From an uncultured virus (IMG/VR IMGVR_UViG_3300044641_002811) (taxonomy: Duplodnaviria; Heunggongvirae; Uroviricota; Caudoviricetes): 64,000 bases of DNA. The notes beneath the pieces are model-generated. The model was not told the origin of the DNA. It saw only the letters and a list, made by a program, of their open reading frames with translations, and made no database searches. This document shows, piece after piece, positions 9,257 to 17,696 of this stretch (positions are counted from its first letter, which is position 1; every line of letters starts with the position of its first letter). Both the position numbers and the translations under genes were made by a program. The stretch lies in IMG/VR virus record IMGVR_UViG_3300044641_002811. One strand, given 5' to 3'.

Positions 9257-9438
9257 CTGACTGGTACGCCGACTACTACCGCCAATCGCGGGGTTACAAC
9301 GACAACGACTTGCGCGAGCTGCGCAGTGTTCCACGCAAGCCCTCAACTGAGGTGCCGGACGTGTTCAAGCACAGGTTTTCCGATCCAGCTGAGTACGATG
9401 CCTGGGTCGAAGAGCGCCGCCGCGCCTACTTCGGCTGA
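9253..9438 (+). CDS. hypothetical protein
   Basis: ATGA overlap, 61 aa. Confidence 0.6.
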   Translation: MTDWYADYYRQSRGYNDNDLRELRSVPRKPSTEVPDVFKHRFSDPAEYDAWVEERRRAYFG

Positions 9439-9454
9439 ACTCGATCCAACACGA

Positions 9455-9712
9455 ATGACTGAAACTTCAATGGTGCCCTTCTACCGCTCCTACCTACTGG
9501 GCGGGAAGCTGGTGTACCTCGATAAGTTGTCCGAGCTGTCTGATAGCGAGCTGAACATGCTCAACATCGAGACCATGGCTTCCCTGGAGGAAGCACGGCG
9601 TGATTACGACGCCATCGAAAACAAGCAAAGCGAGGAGGGCGGTTCTGTCTACCGCCGCCTCAAGGTGGCCGGCTATTTCCAAGCTGCCATCAAACTGGAG
9701 CTTCAAAACTGA
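9455..9712 (+). CDS. hypothetical protein
   Basis: Start MTETSMVPF inside ORF 9326-9712. Confidence 0.6.
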   Translation: MTETSMVPFYRSYLLGGKLVYLDKLSELSDSELNMLNIETMASLEEARRDYDAIENKQSEEGGSVYRRLKVAGYFQAAIKLELQN

Positions 9713-9745
9713 CCATCCCCTACTACACTGCACCCGTTCTTACTC

Positions 9746-10156
9746 ATGAGCATGTACGTCCTCTCTGAATCCCAGTTCGATCAAATCTCCAAAGCACTCG
9801 AAGCAGCACGCTTTGCCCTGGAGACGTCCCAGCACGTTCAGCTGGATCTGACTAAGCCCAAGCAGACCATTCCCCTGCCCGCTGGCGAAAAAATTGTCCG
9901 GGCAACGTCCGTACAAAAAACCCAGTCTCAAAGTAAGACTCGTAAGTCCAGCCGCAAGGGCAAGCGTGGTGTAGCGGTGCTGAACGAGGGGCAGGTGTTG
10001 GAAATTAAGCGGCAGATCGCGTCTGGCGGGAAGTCCGTCGCAAAAATTGCTCGTGACTTTGGCGTTCATGTCACCACCATCAACTGCATCAAGTCCGGCA
10101 AGACTTGGAAGCATGTGGCGCTCCAGCAGCCCACTCCGGTTGTGGTGGCTGACTGA
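9746..10156 (+). CDS. C-terminal HTH DNA-binding protein
   Basis: LNEGQVLEIK..IARDFGVHVTTINCIKSGKTWKHV. Confidence 0.75.
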   Translation: MSMYVLSESQFDQISKALEAARFALETSQHVQLDLTKPKQTIPLPAGEKIVRATSVQKTQSQSKTRKSSRKGKRGVAVLNEGQVLEIKRQIASGGKSVAKIARDFGVHVTTINCIKSGKTWKHVALQQPTPVVVAD

Positions 10157-10668
10157 TGGCGATCTTGTGTGATCATGAGATCCACAACCTGGCGCGGCGG
10201 GGCTTGGTCTCGCCGTTTCTCCAGGAGTTGGTAAATCCCGCCAGTCTCGATGTGAGACTCGGTGAGAATCTGCTGGTAGAAGAGCCGAAGGTTCCTGCCT
10301 TACTTCCTTTCAGCATTGCTGGGCATACGCAGGAAGATCCGTTCATGCTCCAGCCGCATGAGTTCGTGCTTGCGGAGACGTTGGAGGAGTTCGATCTCCC
10401 GGATTGTGTCGCTGGGCAGCTGGCGCTTAAGTCGAGTCGTGCCAGGGAAGGGATTGAGCATCTTCTTGCCGGGTACATAGACCCCGGGTACAAAGGGCGG
10501 CTAACGCTGGAACTGCAAAACGCTAGGTCCTTGCACGCTGTTCCGCTGTGGCCCGGTATGCGTATCGCGCAGATTGTGTTCCACAAGATGTCGATGTTGC
10601 CCGGCAAAAGTTACTCCGTGACTGGTCGCTATCAAGGCGACACTGCTGTTCAGGCTTCTAAAGGATGA
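10156..10668 (+). CDS. dcd: dCTP deaminase
   Basis: NPASLDVRLG, KSSRAREG, IDPGYKGRLTLEL, PGMRIAQ and YQG motifs. Confidence 0.92.
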   Translation: MAILCDHEIHNLARRGLVSPFLQELVNPASLDVRLGENLLVEEPKVPALLPFSIAGHTQEDPFMLQPHEFVLAETLEEFDLPDCVAGQLALKSSRAREGIEHLLAGYIDPGYKGRLTLELQNARSLHAVPLWPGMRIAQIVFHKMSMLPGKSYSVTGRYQGDTAVQASKG

Positions 10669-10907
10669 GTAATTCAGTTGACCATCCCTCGCACTACACG
10701 GCGGGGAAGACTGAGGTGATTGAGGTGCTTGAGGATTGGGTGCGACATGCGCCTGATGCTCGTACTGGTTCGCTCCAGTGGCAGTGCCTCAAATACCTCA
10801 GTCGGATGTGGCTGAAGAAAGATCCGCTGGAGGATGCGATGAAGTGTCGCTGGTATCTGAACCGCTTGATTAACACCTTGGCAACGGAGCCCTATCAGAA
10901 CCGATGA
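10665..10907 (+). CDS. DUF3310 / T7 gp1.7-like protein
   Basis: VDHPSHY..EVIE..KYLSR..KK..ED..K..WYL. Confidence 0.85.
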   Translation: MSNSVDHPSHYTAGKTEVIEVLEDWVRHAPDARTGSLQWQCLKYLSRMWLKKDPLEDAMKCRWYLNRLINTLATEPYQNR

Positions 10908-11068
10908 GGTACTGGTGGCGGATTGTCGCCAAGGCGTTGGGTGAGAAGGCGCACCAGCACAATCGGATTGCTGATCAGGTTGCACTGGTGCGTTTTTGCA
11001 TCTTGCTGGCTTACATGATTACAAACATTTTCATTTGCGCAGGAGTTATTCGTCACTGGAATGGCTAA
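10904..11068 (+). CDS. 54-aa membrane microprotein (not in ORF track)
   Basis: MRYWWRIVAKALGEK...ITNIFICAGVIRHWNG; overlaps both neighbours. Confidence 0.75.
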   Translation: MRYWWRIVAKALGEKAHQHNRIADQVALVRFCILLAYMITNIFICAGVIRHWNG

Positions 11069-11564
11069 CTATTGCACTCACAGTTTTCGCAGAATCATCA
11101 ACACGTACAACTGGAGAAACGGGTCAACGATCCGCTCGTACCGCTTCCGTTGTAAGTGTTGTGGGTACAGGTGGAATGTCTACTACGACAAGAAACTCAA
11201 GCGGGAAGTTGTTCCAACGCACAAGTCGGACAACAAACCCCTGGAGACAAGAAAGCTGACGCCGGAAGAGGTCAAGTTGATCCTTACGGATCAGCGGGAC
11301 AACGTAAAGCTGGCGCGGCTCTTAGGTGTTGTGCCCCAGTCGGTTAGTCAGATCAGGACAGGGCGGGCGTACAAAGATTTGTGGCCTGAGCTTCCACGCC
11401 GAGCTGCACAAGTTAAAGCTTCTGGGCCTGTACCGACAATTCGCAGCACGAAAATTACGTGTCGGGATTGTGCGCACTGGTGGCAGAAGCGGTGCAGCTT
11501 GGATGTTCCAGAAGCTGGTGGGACTTTTGCCATCGAATGTTCTTTCTACCAAGTTGATGAGTAA
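11061..11564 (+). CDS. Zn-ribbon, HTH and Cys-cluster protein
   Basis: CKCC ribbon; LARLLGVVPQSVSQIRTG HTH; CRDCAHW..C..PE..C. Confidence 0.7.
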   Translation: MANYCTHSFRRIINTYNWRNGSTIRSYRFRCKCCGYRWNVYYDKKLKREVVPTHKSDNKPLETRKLTPEEVKLILTDQRDNVKLARLLGVVPQSVSQIRTGRAYKDLWPELPRRAAQVKASGPVPTIRSTKITCRDCAHWWQKRCSLDVPEAGGTFAIECSFYQVDE

Positions 11565-11839
11565 TGGCCATCACGATCAACAGCAGAGCGTGCCAGGGCT
11601 GTGGTACGCCGACGACAAACCCGGTGCTGTGCATGAAGTGTTATCGCACCAGTCCCGCTGGGCGGGAAGAGGAAAGGATGGAGCGGTTGCGGCGGGGGTA
11701 CAAGCCCCAGCCGGATGGAGGCCCATGTAAGAACTGCATACACTGGAAAGCGCGGTGCTTGCTTGGGTTTCCCGAGGGTGGGACACTCGCGGCGGCGGTG
11801 CTGTGCTCGGCGCGGGAGGTTGACAGCCTGCTAGAGTAG
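11564..11839 (+). CDS. Cys-rich protein
   Basis: CQGC..CMKC and CKNCIHW..C..PE..C. Confidence 0.7.
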   Translation: MAITINSRACQGCGTPTTNPVLCMKCYRTSPAGREEERMERLRRGYKPQPDGGPCKNCIHWKARCLLGFPEGGTLAAAVLCSAREVDSLLE

Positions 11840-11864
11840 TAGGGTACAAGCTGCCCTACCAGGC

Positions 11865-13691
11865 ATGACAATCCTTCAAGGCATCGAGCATCTGTCCACG
11901 CTCGATGATGCAAGTTTCGTTGCGTTTGATGTTGAGACCACCGGGCTCCAGCCGAAGTTCGGTGGTCTTCGTCTTGTGCAGTTGGCGACCTTCGGTAAGC
12001 CTCCAGTAGTGCTGGATTGCTGGAGCTTCAGTGATGAGGACTGGATCACACTGGAAGAGTTCTGCAGCGTTTCAAGGCAATGGCTGGCGCACAATGCGGT
12101 GTTTGATCTCGGGTGGTTGCAGGAGCATGAGATCTATCCAGAGGGCAAGGTTTACTGCTCGATGCTGGCCAGTCGGATCCTGACGAACGGGCTGCCGAAT
12201 CTGAAGCACGGGCTCCAGCACGTCGTTCACCGCTACCTCGGCCAAGACATTTCCAAGGAAGAGCAAAAGAGCGATTGGTCGGCTGATCTGCGCGTGGAGC
12301 AGATCGAGTATGCGGCTAAGGATGTGGTGGTGCTGACCCAGCTGTGGGAACAAATAACAAAGCGGATGGCGACTGGTGCGTTGATGCCAGCGTGGGAGCT
12401 TGAGTGCAAAGCACTTCCTGCAATGGCGCAGCTGTGGCGTACAGGGCTGCCATTCGATAAGAAGATGCTGGAGCAGCTAATTGAAGATCTTGATATTGAA
12501 AATGTTGAGGTCGGAGAAAAGTTCATCGAGGATTTTGATACAGCACTTCCGCCAGAACACAAGCTGCATCGTGGGCTTGATGGAAAGTTGTTGTACCAGA
12601 CGAAGCCGGGGCCTAAAGGTAAGAAGCCGAACCCGAATGTTTTTAACCTCAATAGTCCGGCGCAGTTGCTTAAAAAGTTCACTGCTTTGTTGGGTGAGCC
12701 GCCGATGGATATGAAGAACGGGAAGCCTAGTGCTAGTCGTTCTGCGCTCCAGGAATATGTTGGTGATCACAAAGTTGTGGCGGATTATTTGCGGTGGAAA
12801 AAGATTGAGAAGCGGCGGCAGATGGCGGAAACTTTGTTAAAGAACTATTCGGCTGATGGGTTTATTCGCGCCAGTTATTTGCAGCTTGGGGCTGATACTG
12901 GACGGATGAGTTGTATTTCGCCGAACCTCCAGCAGATTCCGCGTGATCCGCGTTTTAGATTGGCAGTCCAAGCTCCAGCTGGTTGGAAACTGGTTGTAGC
13001 GGACTACGGGCAGATGGAGCTTCGCTTGGCGGCCGCAGAAGCACAGGATCCCTTAATGACAGAGGTGTTCCAGCAGGGGCAGGACCTCCATACGATGACG
13101 GCGACGCAGATTTATGGGGTTGAGCCAGATGAGGTTACGAAGGAACAGAGGCAAATCGCAAAATCGGCAAACTTCGGACTGCTATACGGAAGTGGTGCAA
13201 AAGGACTCAGAAATTACGCAGCAGCAACAGGCATCCAGATGGATATTGATGAGGCGGCGGAGGTGCGGCAAAAGTTTCACGCTGCATATAAAGGCATCTC
13301 CCAATGGCAGCAGCAAAATGCTCGCGCTGCTGATGCGGCTAAGGACAATCCATCTATCCGCATACGCATCTCGGGCTTGCGGCGGTTTCTACCGGGTGAG
13401 CACAACAAACTCACCACGCGCTGCAACACTCCAATCCAAGGGGCAGGTGCTGCAGTCCTCAAACTTACTCTCGGCAAACTGTGGCCTCTACTCCACGCCG
13501 ACGGGGAGGACGTGGTGCGTTTGGCCGGCGTGGTGCATGACGAAATCATCTTGCTCGTCCGCGAAGAACACGCAGATGTCTGGGCGCTCCAGCTGCAAAC
13601 CGTGATGGAGGAAGCTGAAGCTCGTTGGTTGGGCAAAATTCCACCGCTTGCTGAAGCTAAGGTCGGGGATAGCTGGCAAGAGGCCAAGTGA
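11865..13691 (+). CDS. polA: family A DNA polymerase with 3'-5' exonuclease domain
   Basis: FDVET (ExoI), TGRMS..PNLQQIP, DYGQMELR (motif A), KSANFGLLYG (motif B, Phe), VHDE (motif C). Confidence 0.95.
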   Translation: MTILQGIEHLSTLDDASFVAFDVETTGLQPKFGGLRLVQLATFGKPPVVLDCWSFSDEDWITLEEFCSVSRQWLAHNAVFDLGWLQEHEIYPEGKVYCSMLASRILTNGLPNLKHGLQHVVHRYLGQDISKEEQKSDWSADLRVEQIEYAAKDVVVLTQLWEQITKRMATGALMPAWELECKALPAMAQLWRTGLPFDKKMLEQLIEDLDIENVEVGEKFIEDFDTALPPEHKLHRGLDGKLLYQTKPGPKGKKPNPNVFNLNSPAQLLKKFTALLGEPPMDMKNGKPSASRSALQEYVGDHKVVADYLRWKKIEKRRQMAETLLKNYSADGFIRASYLQLGADTGRMSCISPNLQQIPRDPRFRLAVQAPAGWKLVVADYGQMELRLAAAEAQDPLMTEVFQQGQDLHTMTATQIYGVEPDEVTKEQRQIAKSANFGLLYGSGAKGLRNYAAATGIQMDIDEAAEVRQKFHAAYKGISQWQQQNARAADAAKDNPSIRIRISGLRRFLPGEHNKLTTRCNTPIQGAGAAVLKLTLGKLWPLLHADGEDVVRLAGVVHDEIILLVREEHADVWALQLQTVMEEAEARWLGKIPPLAEAKVGDSWQEAK

Positions 13692-13858
13692 CCCAGGAGG
13701 ATTTTGAGTACCGCGTTCGGATGCACACGCGCCACGGCGGTACTCACGATCTGTTCATCGTTGCTCCAGATGCTTTCTCCGCACGGATGAAGGCACTGGA
13801 GCTTTGTCCTGAGCATCGGCCCCAGTCGGTGATGCGAGTCTCAGATTGCGTCTCATGA
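13688..13858 (+). CDS. 56-aa hypothetical protein (not in ORF track)
   Basis: GTGA overlap with the polA stop; MTQEDFEYRVRM... Confidence 0.55.
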   Translation: MTQEDFEYRVRMHTRHGGTHDLFIVAPDAFSARMKALELCPEHRPQSVMRVSDCVS

Positions 13859-14064
13859 GTCCAGCCCGCACGGGAAGAGAGCTGGTGCTCGAATGGCTGA
13901 ATCGGGAAATTCGTGCGGCGAAGACGGCGGATTTGCAGCGGGCTGCGGCTTTTTTGGAGTGGGCTAGGGATATACGGAAGGGATGTGCCAAGCAGAGGGG
14001 TGGGGCGCGGGTGGCGCAGGCCAATGCGTGGCGGAAGCGGGTGGATGACGACGTGCGGTGGTGA
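13855..14064 (+). CDS. hypothetical protein
   Basis: ATGA overlap; MSPARTGRELV... Confidence 0.6.
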   Translation: MSPARTGRELVLEWLNREIRAAKTADLQRAAAFLEWARDIRKGCAKQRGGARVAQANAWRKRVDDDVRW

Positions 14065-14113
14065 GACTACTGTGACTCAGTATGCTATTGTGTAGCAGAC
14101 TAGACCGCAGGCC

Positions 14114-14383
14114 ATGCCCCTGAACCACGGAAACAAGTATTACTGCCAGCTCCTGATTGACCCCAACCGTTACAAGCTGGCGGAGAATCTTGCGTCCCAA
14201 GAGGGCAAGAAGGTTACGGCGTACTTGCGGGAGCTGGTTTACGCAGGATTGGCGCTGAGATCGTCGGAGTACAAGACTGCTCAGGAAGCGGATGAGGCGG
14301 CTTGGCGCGAATCGGTGAAGCGGCGAGTTGAGGGGCGGATGCGTTCCAAGCAAGAGGGCAAAGTGTCAGAAACTGACGCATGA
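14114..14383 (+). CDS. ribbon-helix-helix-like DNA-binding protein
   Basis: YCQLLID strand, then helices ..EGKKVTAYLRELV. Confidence 0.55.
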   Translation: MPLNHGNKYYCQLLIDPNRYKLAENLASQEGKKVTAYLRELVYAGLALRSSEYKTAQEADEAAWRESVKRRVEGRMRSKQEGKVSETDA

Positions 14384-14451
14384 GACTCAGTTGTGTTTCG
14401 TGATATACCGACAGCGTGCGCAGATAGCCTTTAACCTTACACAGTAGTCAC

Positions 14452-14676
14452 TTGAGAGCAATGACGCGCTATGTCGTCATGGTCGAGGATCGCTGGGTTA
14501 CGGCGGTTTACGACTCTGGTAAAGGAATCGGTTTCACCAGATCCAAGGAGGACGCATCCTCGTGGGTCACATACGAGCGGGCTGTCGCTGCGGCGAGAAC
14601 TGTTGCTCAGTCTTGTAACTGCGACGCTGCTGTGCATTGCGTTGATGAACCCGCCTATCCCCAATCATGGAAGTAG
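14452..14676 (+). CDS. hypothetical protein
   Basis: ORF track, operon context. Confidence 0.55.
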   Translation: MRAMTRYVVMVEDRWVTAVYDSGKGIGFTRSKEDASSWVTYERAVAAARTVAQSCNCDAAVHCVDEPAYPQSWK

Positions 14677-14990
14677 TGCCATTCCAGGAACAGCAGGACC
14701 CCGAACTGAGGCTCGGTGAAGGTCGCTCGCGTACCAGTGCAGAAAAAGCTCAGCTGTTCGAGCTGATGATTTGGCTGCCTGGCCAAGGCGCCATGCGGGA
14801 CTTGGTGCGGGCGGAGTCGCTCCAGCAGGCGATTCAGTTTGCGCAAAACCGCTACCCGAACTGCAAGGTGGAGGTGCCGACGGCGGCGGCGAAAAAACCT
14901 AAGCTGGCTCGTGCCAAAAATGGGCCGCGTGAAACGGCCCGTAGGCGTCTCAAACTCGTGGAGAAAAGGAATGAGCCAGCAGATCGCTGA
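14667..14990 (+). CDS. hypothetical protein
   Basis: ORF track, operon context. Confidence 0.55.
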   Translation: MEVVPFQEQQDPELRLGEGRSRTSAEKAQLFELMIWLPGQGAMRDLVRAESLQQAIQFAQNRYPNCKVEVPTAAAKKPKLARAKNGPRETARRRLKLVEKRNEPADR

Positions 14991-15141
14991 CTGGGCACGC
15001 CAGTCGTGGGGTGAGGTCATCGTCGACCAGAATCGCGCTGACCTTTTGGACAAGCTCTACTTCTGGGATGGGCGGGACAAAAAAGACCACCCGCTCCACG
15101 CCACATATACCGGGCTGTATCGCAAATACACCGCCAACTAG
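14971..15141 (+). CDS. hypothetical cyanophage protein
   Basis: AAAGGA RBS; DGRDKKDHPLHATYTGLY motif. Confidence 0.65.
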   Translation: MSQQIADWARQSWGEVIVDQNRADLLDKLYFWDGRDKKDHPLHATYTGLYRKYTAN

Positions 15142-15359
15142 GCGGAGTCGCGGTCCATCCCAAACTGATCGGCCAGGTTATCTGCAGCTTCGCGGATAGC
15201 CCAGGCCGATTTTGTGCGTTCCAGCTGGTGGAGTGTGTTCAGCACTAAAGCGGCTTCAAGCAGGCCGCGATAGTCTTGTTTGTTGAACAGGTTGACTAAC
15301 CACTGGTCAGTGGCAGCCTTGTGGAAGCTGGACTCAGCGCTGTGTTCGATGGGGCGCAT
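15138..15359 (-). CDS. small helical protein downstream of the lysin
   Basis: 73 aa; starts 2 nt after the lysin stop. Confidence 0.65.
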   Translation of the reverse strand: MRPIEHSAESSFHKAATDQWLVNLFNKQDYRGLLEAALVLNTLHQLERTKSAWAIREAADNLADQFGMDRDSA

Positions 15360-15361
15360 GA

Positions 15362-16489
15362 TTAACCTTTGCGAATTCGCATGAACCAGCCTGTGTCGTT
15401 GCCTTCGATGAGCCAGCGAGGCAGCCAGTTCTTTCTGGAGTAGGCGATGCCCGCTCCGCCTTTATTGCTGACGTAGCCACCGTTCACCAGATCTGCCTCC
15501 CCAAAAGGGTCCATATGTATGAAGTGGGTAGGGGTATAACCAGCAACTACGCTCCAGTGGCCTGTTCCTGTGGGGTTGGATACAGGCCCTTTGTGTAACC
15601 AGCCGACAGGAACTGGATGACCGTTAGCGATCTCAGTTTCTAAGTCCTCGACTGTCCCATCCATCTCGAAGGTGGCGGTCAGTCCCAGTGCTTTGAGGGC
15701 AGCAATCTGTGCTTTTGGGTCAGTTGTATCACCGAAACGAGCGCGTAAGGCGTTGTACTCATAATCGCCGTTTACTTTTCCGTAGTAGCGAGCCACCATC
15801 GCGCAGCTGGAACTAAAGCACTGACGCCAGCCCTTGGGGCCGTCATCTGATCCAAGCTGGTATTCGTAGGGAACTTTTAGCAGCTTTTGGTTTGGCGGAA
15901 CGACAGGTTTAGTTCCCGCATGTTGTTCCATCAGTTGGATTAGCTTCCCTGGGTAGTTCGGGTCTGTTGCGTAGCCCTCTTTGTGAAGCCATCTAGCGGC
16001 CTCTTCACGGGTAGCAGCGTTATTGCAGCCCTTATAGTTTTTGTAGTCTTTGTACCAGTGATCTACGAGGTAGATCACGCATGAGAGCAAATCTGGAAAG
16101 TCGATGAAACTGTCAGTGATTGTTACCCACTGACCGTTAATAAACTCTTGTGTTTTCTTGTCGCTGCCTTCACCTTTAAGACCGAAAAAATTGTTTCTTC
16201 CAGATACTAATTTGCCGTAATTTGATTCGAGTGCCCATTGGGCAGCTACGAGTTCGGGGAATTTTGCACCAGCAACTCTGGCAGCTTCAAGGATGCCTTC
16301 CCAGCTGTTGGGAAACTGGCTTTGTTTGCCGGCAACGCTCCAAGTTTTGAACCAGCCTTGGTCGCGGCCCAAGATATGCGGATTGGCCTTATTGATTGCT
16401 TGCTCCAGTTCGGTGACAGCCGCCATCTGATGGGGCAGTCCCTTGTAGAAGCGAAACAGGTCGCTAAGACGGATTTTGTTGCTTGCCAT
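15362..16489 (-). CDS. endolysin: GH73 glucosaminidase then C39-like peptidase
   Basis: AQWALESNYG..NNFFGLKG..YATDPNY, then VPYEYQ..QCFSSSCAM..GHW..DPFG. Confidence 0.88.
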   Translation of the reverse strand: MASNKIRLSDLFRFYKGLPHQMAAVTELEQAINKANPHILGRDQGWFKTWSVAGKQSQFPNSWEGILEAARVAGAKFPELVAAQWALESNYGKLVSGRNNFFGLKGEGSDKKTQEFINGQWVTITDSFIDFPDLLSCVIYLVDHWYKDYKNYKGCNNAATREEAARWLHKEGYATDPNYPGKLIQLMEQHAGTKPVVPPNQKLLKVPYEYQLGSDDGPKGWRQCFSSSCAMVARYYGKVNGDYEYNALRARFGDTTDPKAQIAALKALGLTATFEMDGTVEDLETEIANGHPVPVGWLHKGPVSNPTGTGHWSVVAGYTPTHFIHMDPFGEADLVNGGYVSNKGGAGIAYSRKNWLPRWLIEGNDTGWFMRIRKG

Positions 16490-16706
16490 CGGACCAAGGG
16501 GCGTGGATGCTCATGGCGCCGCCCAGTAGGCGGCTGTCGCCGGTTTGGAGCTGTTCATCAATTTCGTGGTGAACGATCACAGGAGGTGGATCGGTCGGTT
16601 GGGTTGCGTGCCAGTCCGCTTCAGCCCCGTCGAGCTTGCCGGGGAGTAGTAGCTCAAACCACCACTCCCGTACAGCCTGCTCCCAAGTTTTGTTTAGAGC
16701 TTTTTT
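16464..16706 (-). CDS. -1 frame extension of the holin-like protein (probable programmed frameshift)
   Basis: A_AAA_AAG at 16706-16700, two codons before the stop; -1 frame stays open to 16464. Confidence 0.6.
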   Translation of the reverse strand, partial: KKALNKTWEQAVREWWFELLLPGKLDGAEADWHATQPTDPPPVIVHHEIDEQLQTGDSRLLGGAMSIHAPWSDGKQQNPS

Positions 16707-16834
16707 CCTTTGATAGCGCGGAGGGCGTGGAACACCAGCTGGATGATGCTGTTGTCCTTCAGCGGCGACAGAGCAATCAGCTCGGAAGCGGCTGCGACGC
16801 AAATCCAGAAGGCTGGATGCTGGATGAAGTCCAT
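16694..16834 (-). CDS. 46-aa holin-like membrane protein (not in ORF track)
   Basis: MDFIQHPAFWICVAAASELIALSPLKDNSIIQLVFHALRAIKGKKL; hydrophobic with basic tail; upstream of the lysin. Confidence 0.7.
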   Translation of the reverse strand: MDFIQHPAFWICVAAASELIALSPLKDNSIIQLVFHALRAIKGKKL

Positions 16835-16933
16835 GGGAAATAGGAACCCTGCAGGAAGTTTAGCTGTACTAGAGAAGAGTTCCTGCGCACGTAATAGTTT
16901 CTACCGCTACATTCCGGGTAGCTACTGCTTGGT

Positions 16934-17254
16934 ATGGACCATCGCATTGAGGATGGCGAATACTTAAACAAGAAGGAAGCAAAAGCACGATTTAGGCAAT
17001 CAATCCTTAACCATTGGAATAACTCTTGCGCCTATTGCGGGGTAGACCTGGGGCGATCTGCAACCCTGGATCATGTGCACCCCAAGTTCAGAGGAGGACA
17101 TACGCACCAGCAGAATCTTGTGGCTTGCTGCTTTGGGTGCAATATCTCAAAGTCGGCGGAAGATTGGCTGGAGTGGTACAGGGACCAGCCTTTTTGGGAG
17201 CCGCATCGAGAGGACGCGATTATTGCGTGGATTACTGAGGGGCTTGTTGCTTAG
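16934..17254 (+). CDS. HNH endonuclease (McrA-like)
   Basis: CAYCG..TLDHVHPK..GG..NLVACCFGCNISK. Confidence 0.9.
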   Translation: MDHRIEDGEYLNKKEAKARFRQSILNHWNNSCAYCGVDLGRSATLDHVHPKFRGGHTHQQNLVACCFGCNISKSAEDWLEWYRDQPFWEPHREDAIIAWITEGLVA

Positions 17255-17417
17255 GATCCCAGCCCATGCCTTCGAGGTACATCATTGCGATGTAGTGGTC
17301 TTCGGCGTAGCGGCAGATGCTGCCTTTGCAGGCGCGGTAGTACAGCTCGCCGCGTTCGTTTTCCAGCTGATCCAGGCTGTAGCCGTTGCCGTAGTCGGTG
17401 GTGCTGACGATGCTCAT
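17232..17417 (-). CDS. hypothetical protein
   Basis: 61 aa; ATGA-coupled to the upstream gene. Confidence 0.6.
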   Translation of the reverse strand: MSIVSTTDYGNGYSLDQLENERGELYYRACKGSICRYAEDHYIAMMYLEGMGWDPKQQAPQ

Positions 17418-17665
17418 TTTTTGCTGCCGACGGTCATTTCAATGTGGCGCACTCTGGTTTCGAGATCACTAAGCCTTTCTTTTGAGTCGTTCTTGAGTTC
17501 TTGAATATCAGCAGCGACCGTACTAACCGATTGATCAAGCTTGGCAACCTGAATAAAAAGACCACCTAACCCGATCACAGCTGTGGCCAGCAATGCCGGC
17601 ACAGCTTGGTTGATCAAGTTAGGTGGTTGTGGTGCGGCGGCGTGTACTTCCTCGTGATGTTCCAT
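17414..17665 (-). CDS. TM plus coiled-coil protein (lysis-associated)
   Basis: Start MEHHEE; hydrophobic AVPALLATAVIGLGGLFI followed by heptads. Confidence 0.6.
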   Translation of the reverse strand: MEHHEEVHAAAPQPPNLINQAVPALLATAVIGLGGLFIQVAKLDQSVSTVAADIQELKNDSKERLSDLETRVRHIEMTVGSKK

Positions 17666-17696
17666 TGCGAGGCATACTGCCGACCTTTTTACTAAT

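Noticed and set aside
2869..14389. TGAGACTCA pseudo-palindrome as an operator (2869, 9201, 14381; variants at 5120, 10253)
   Set aside because: Few exact copies, some inside coding regions, and no consistent position relative to starts.
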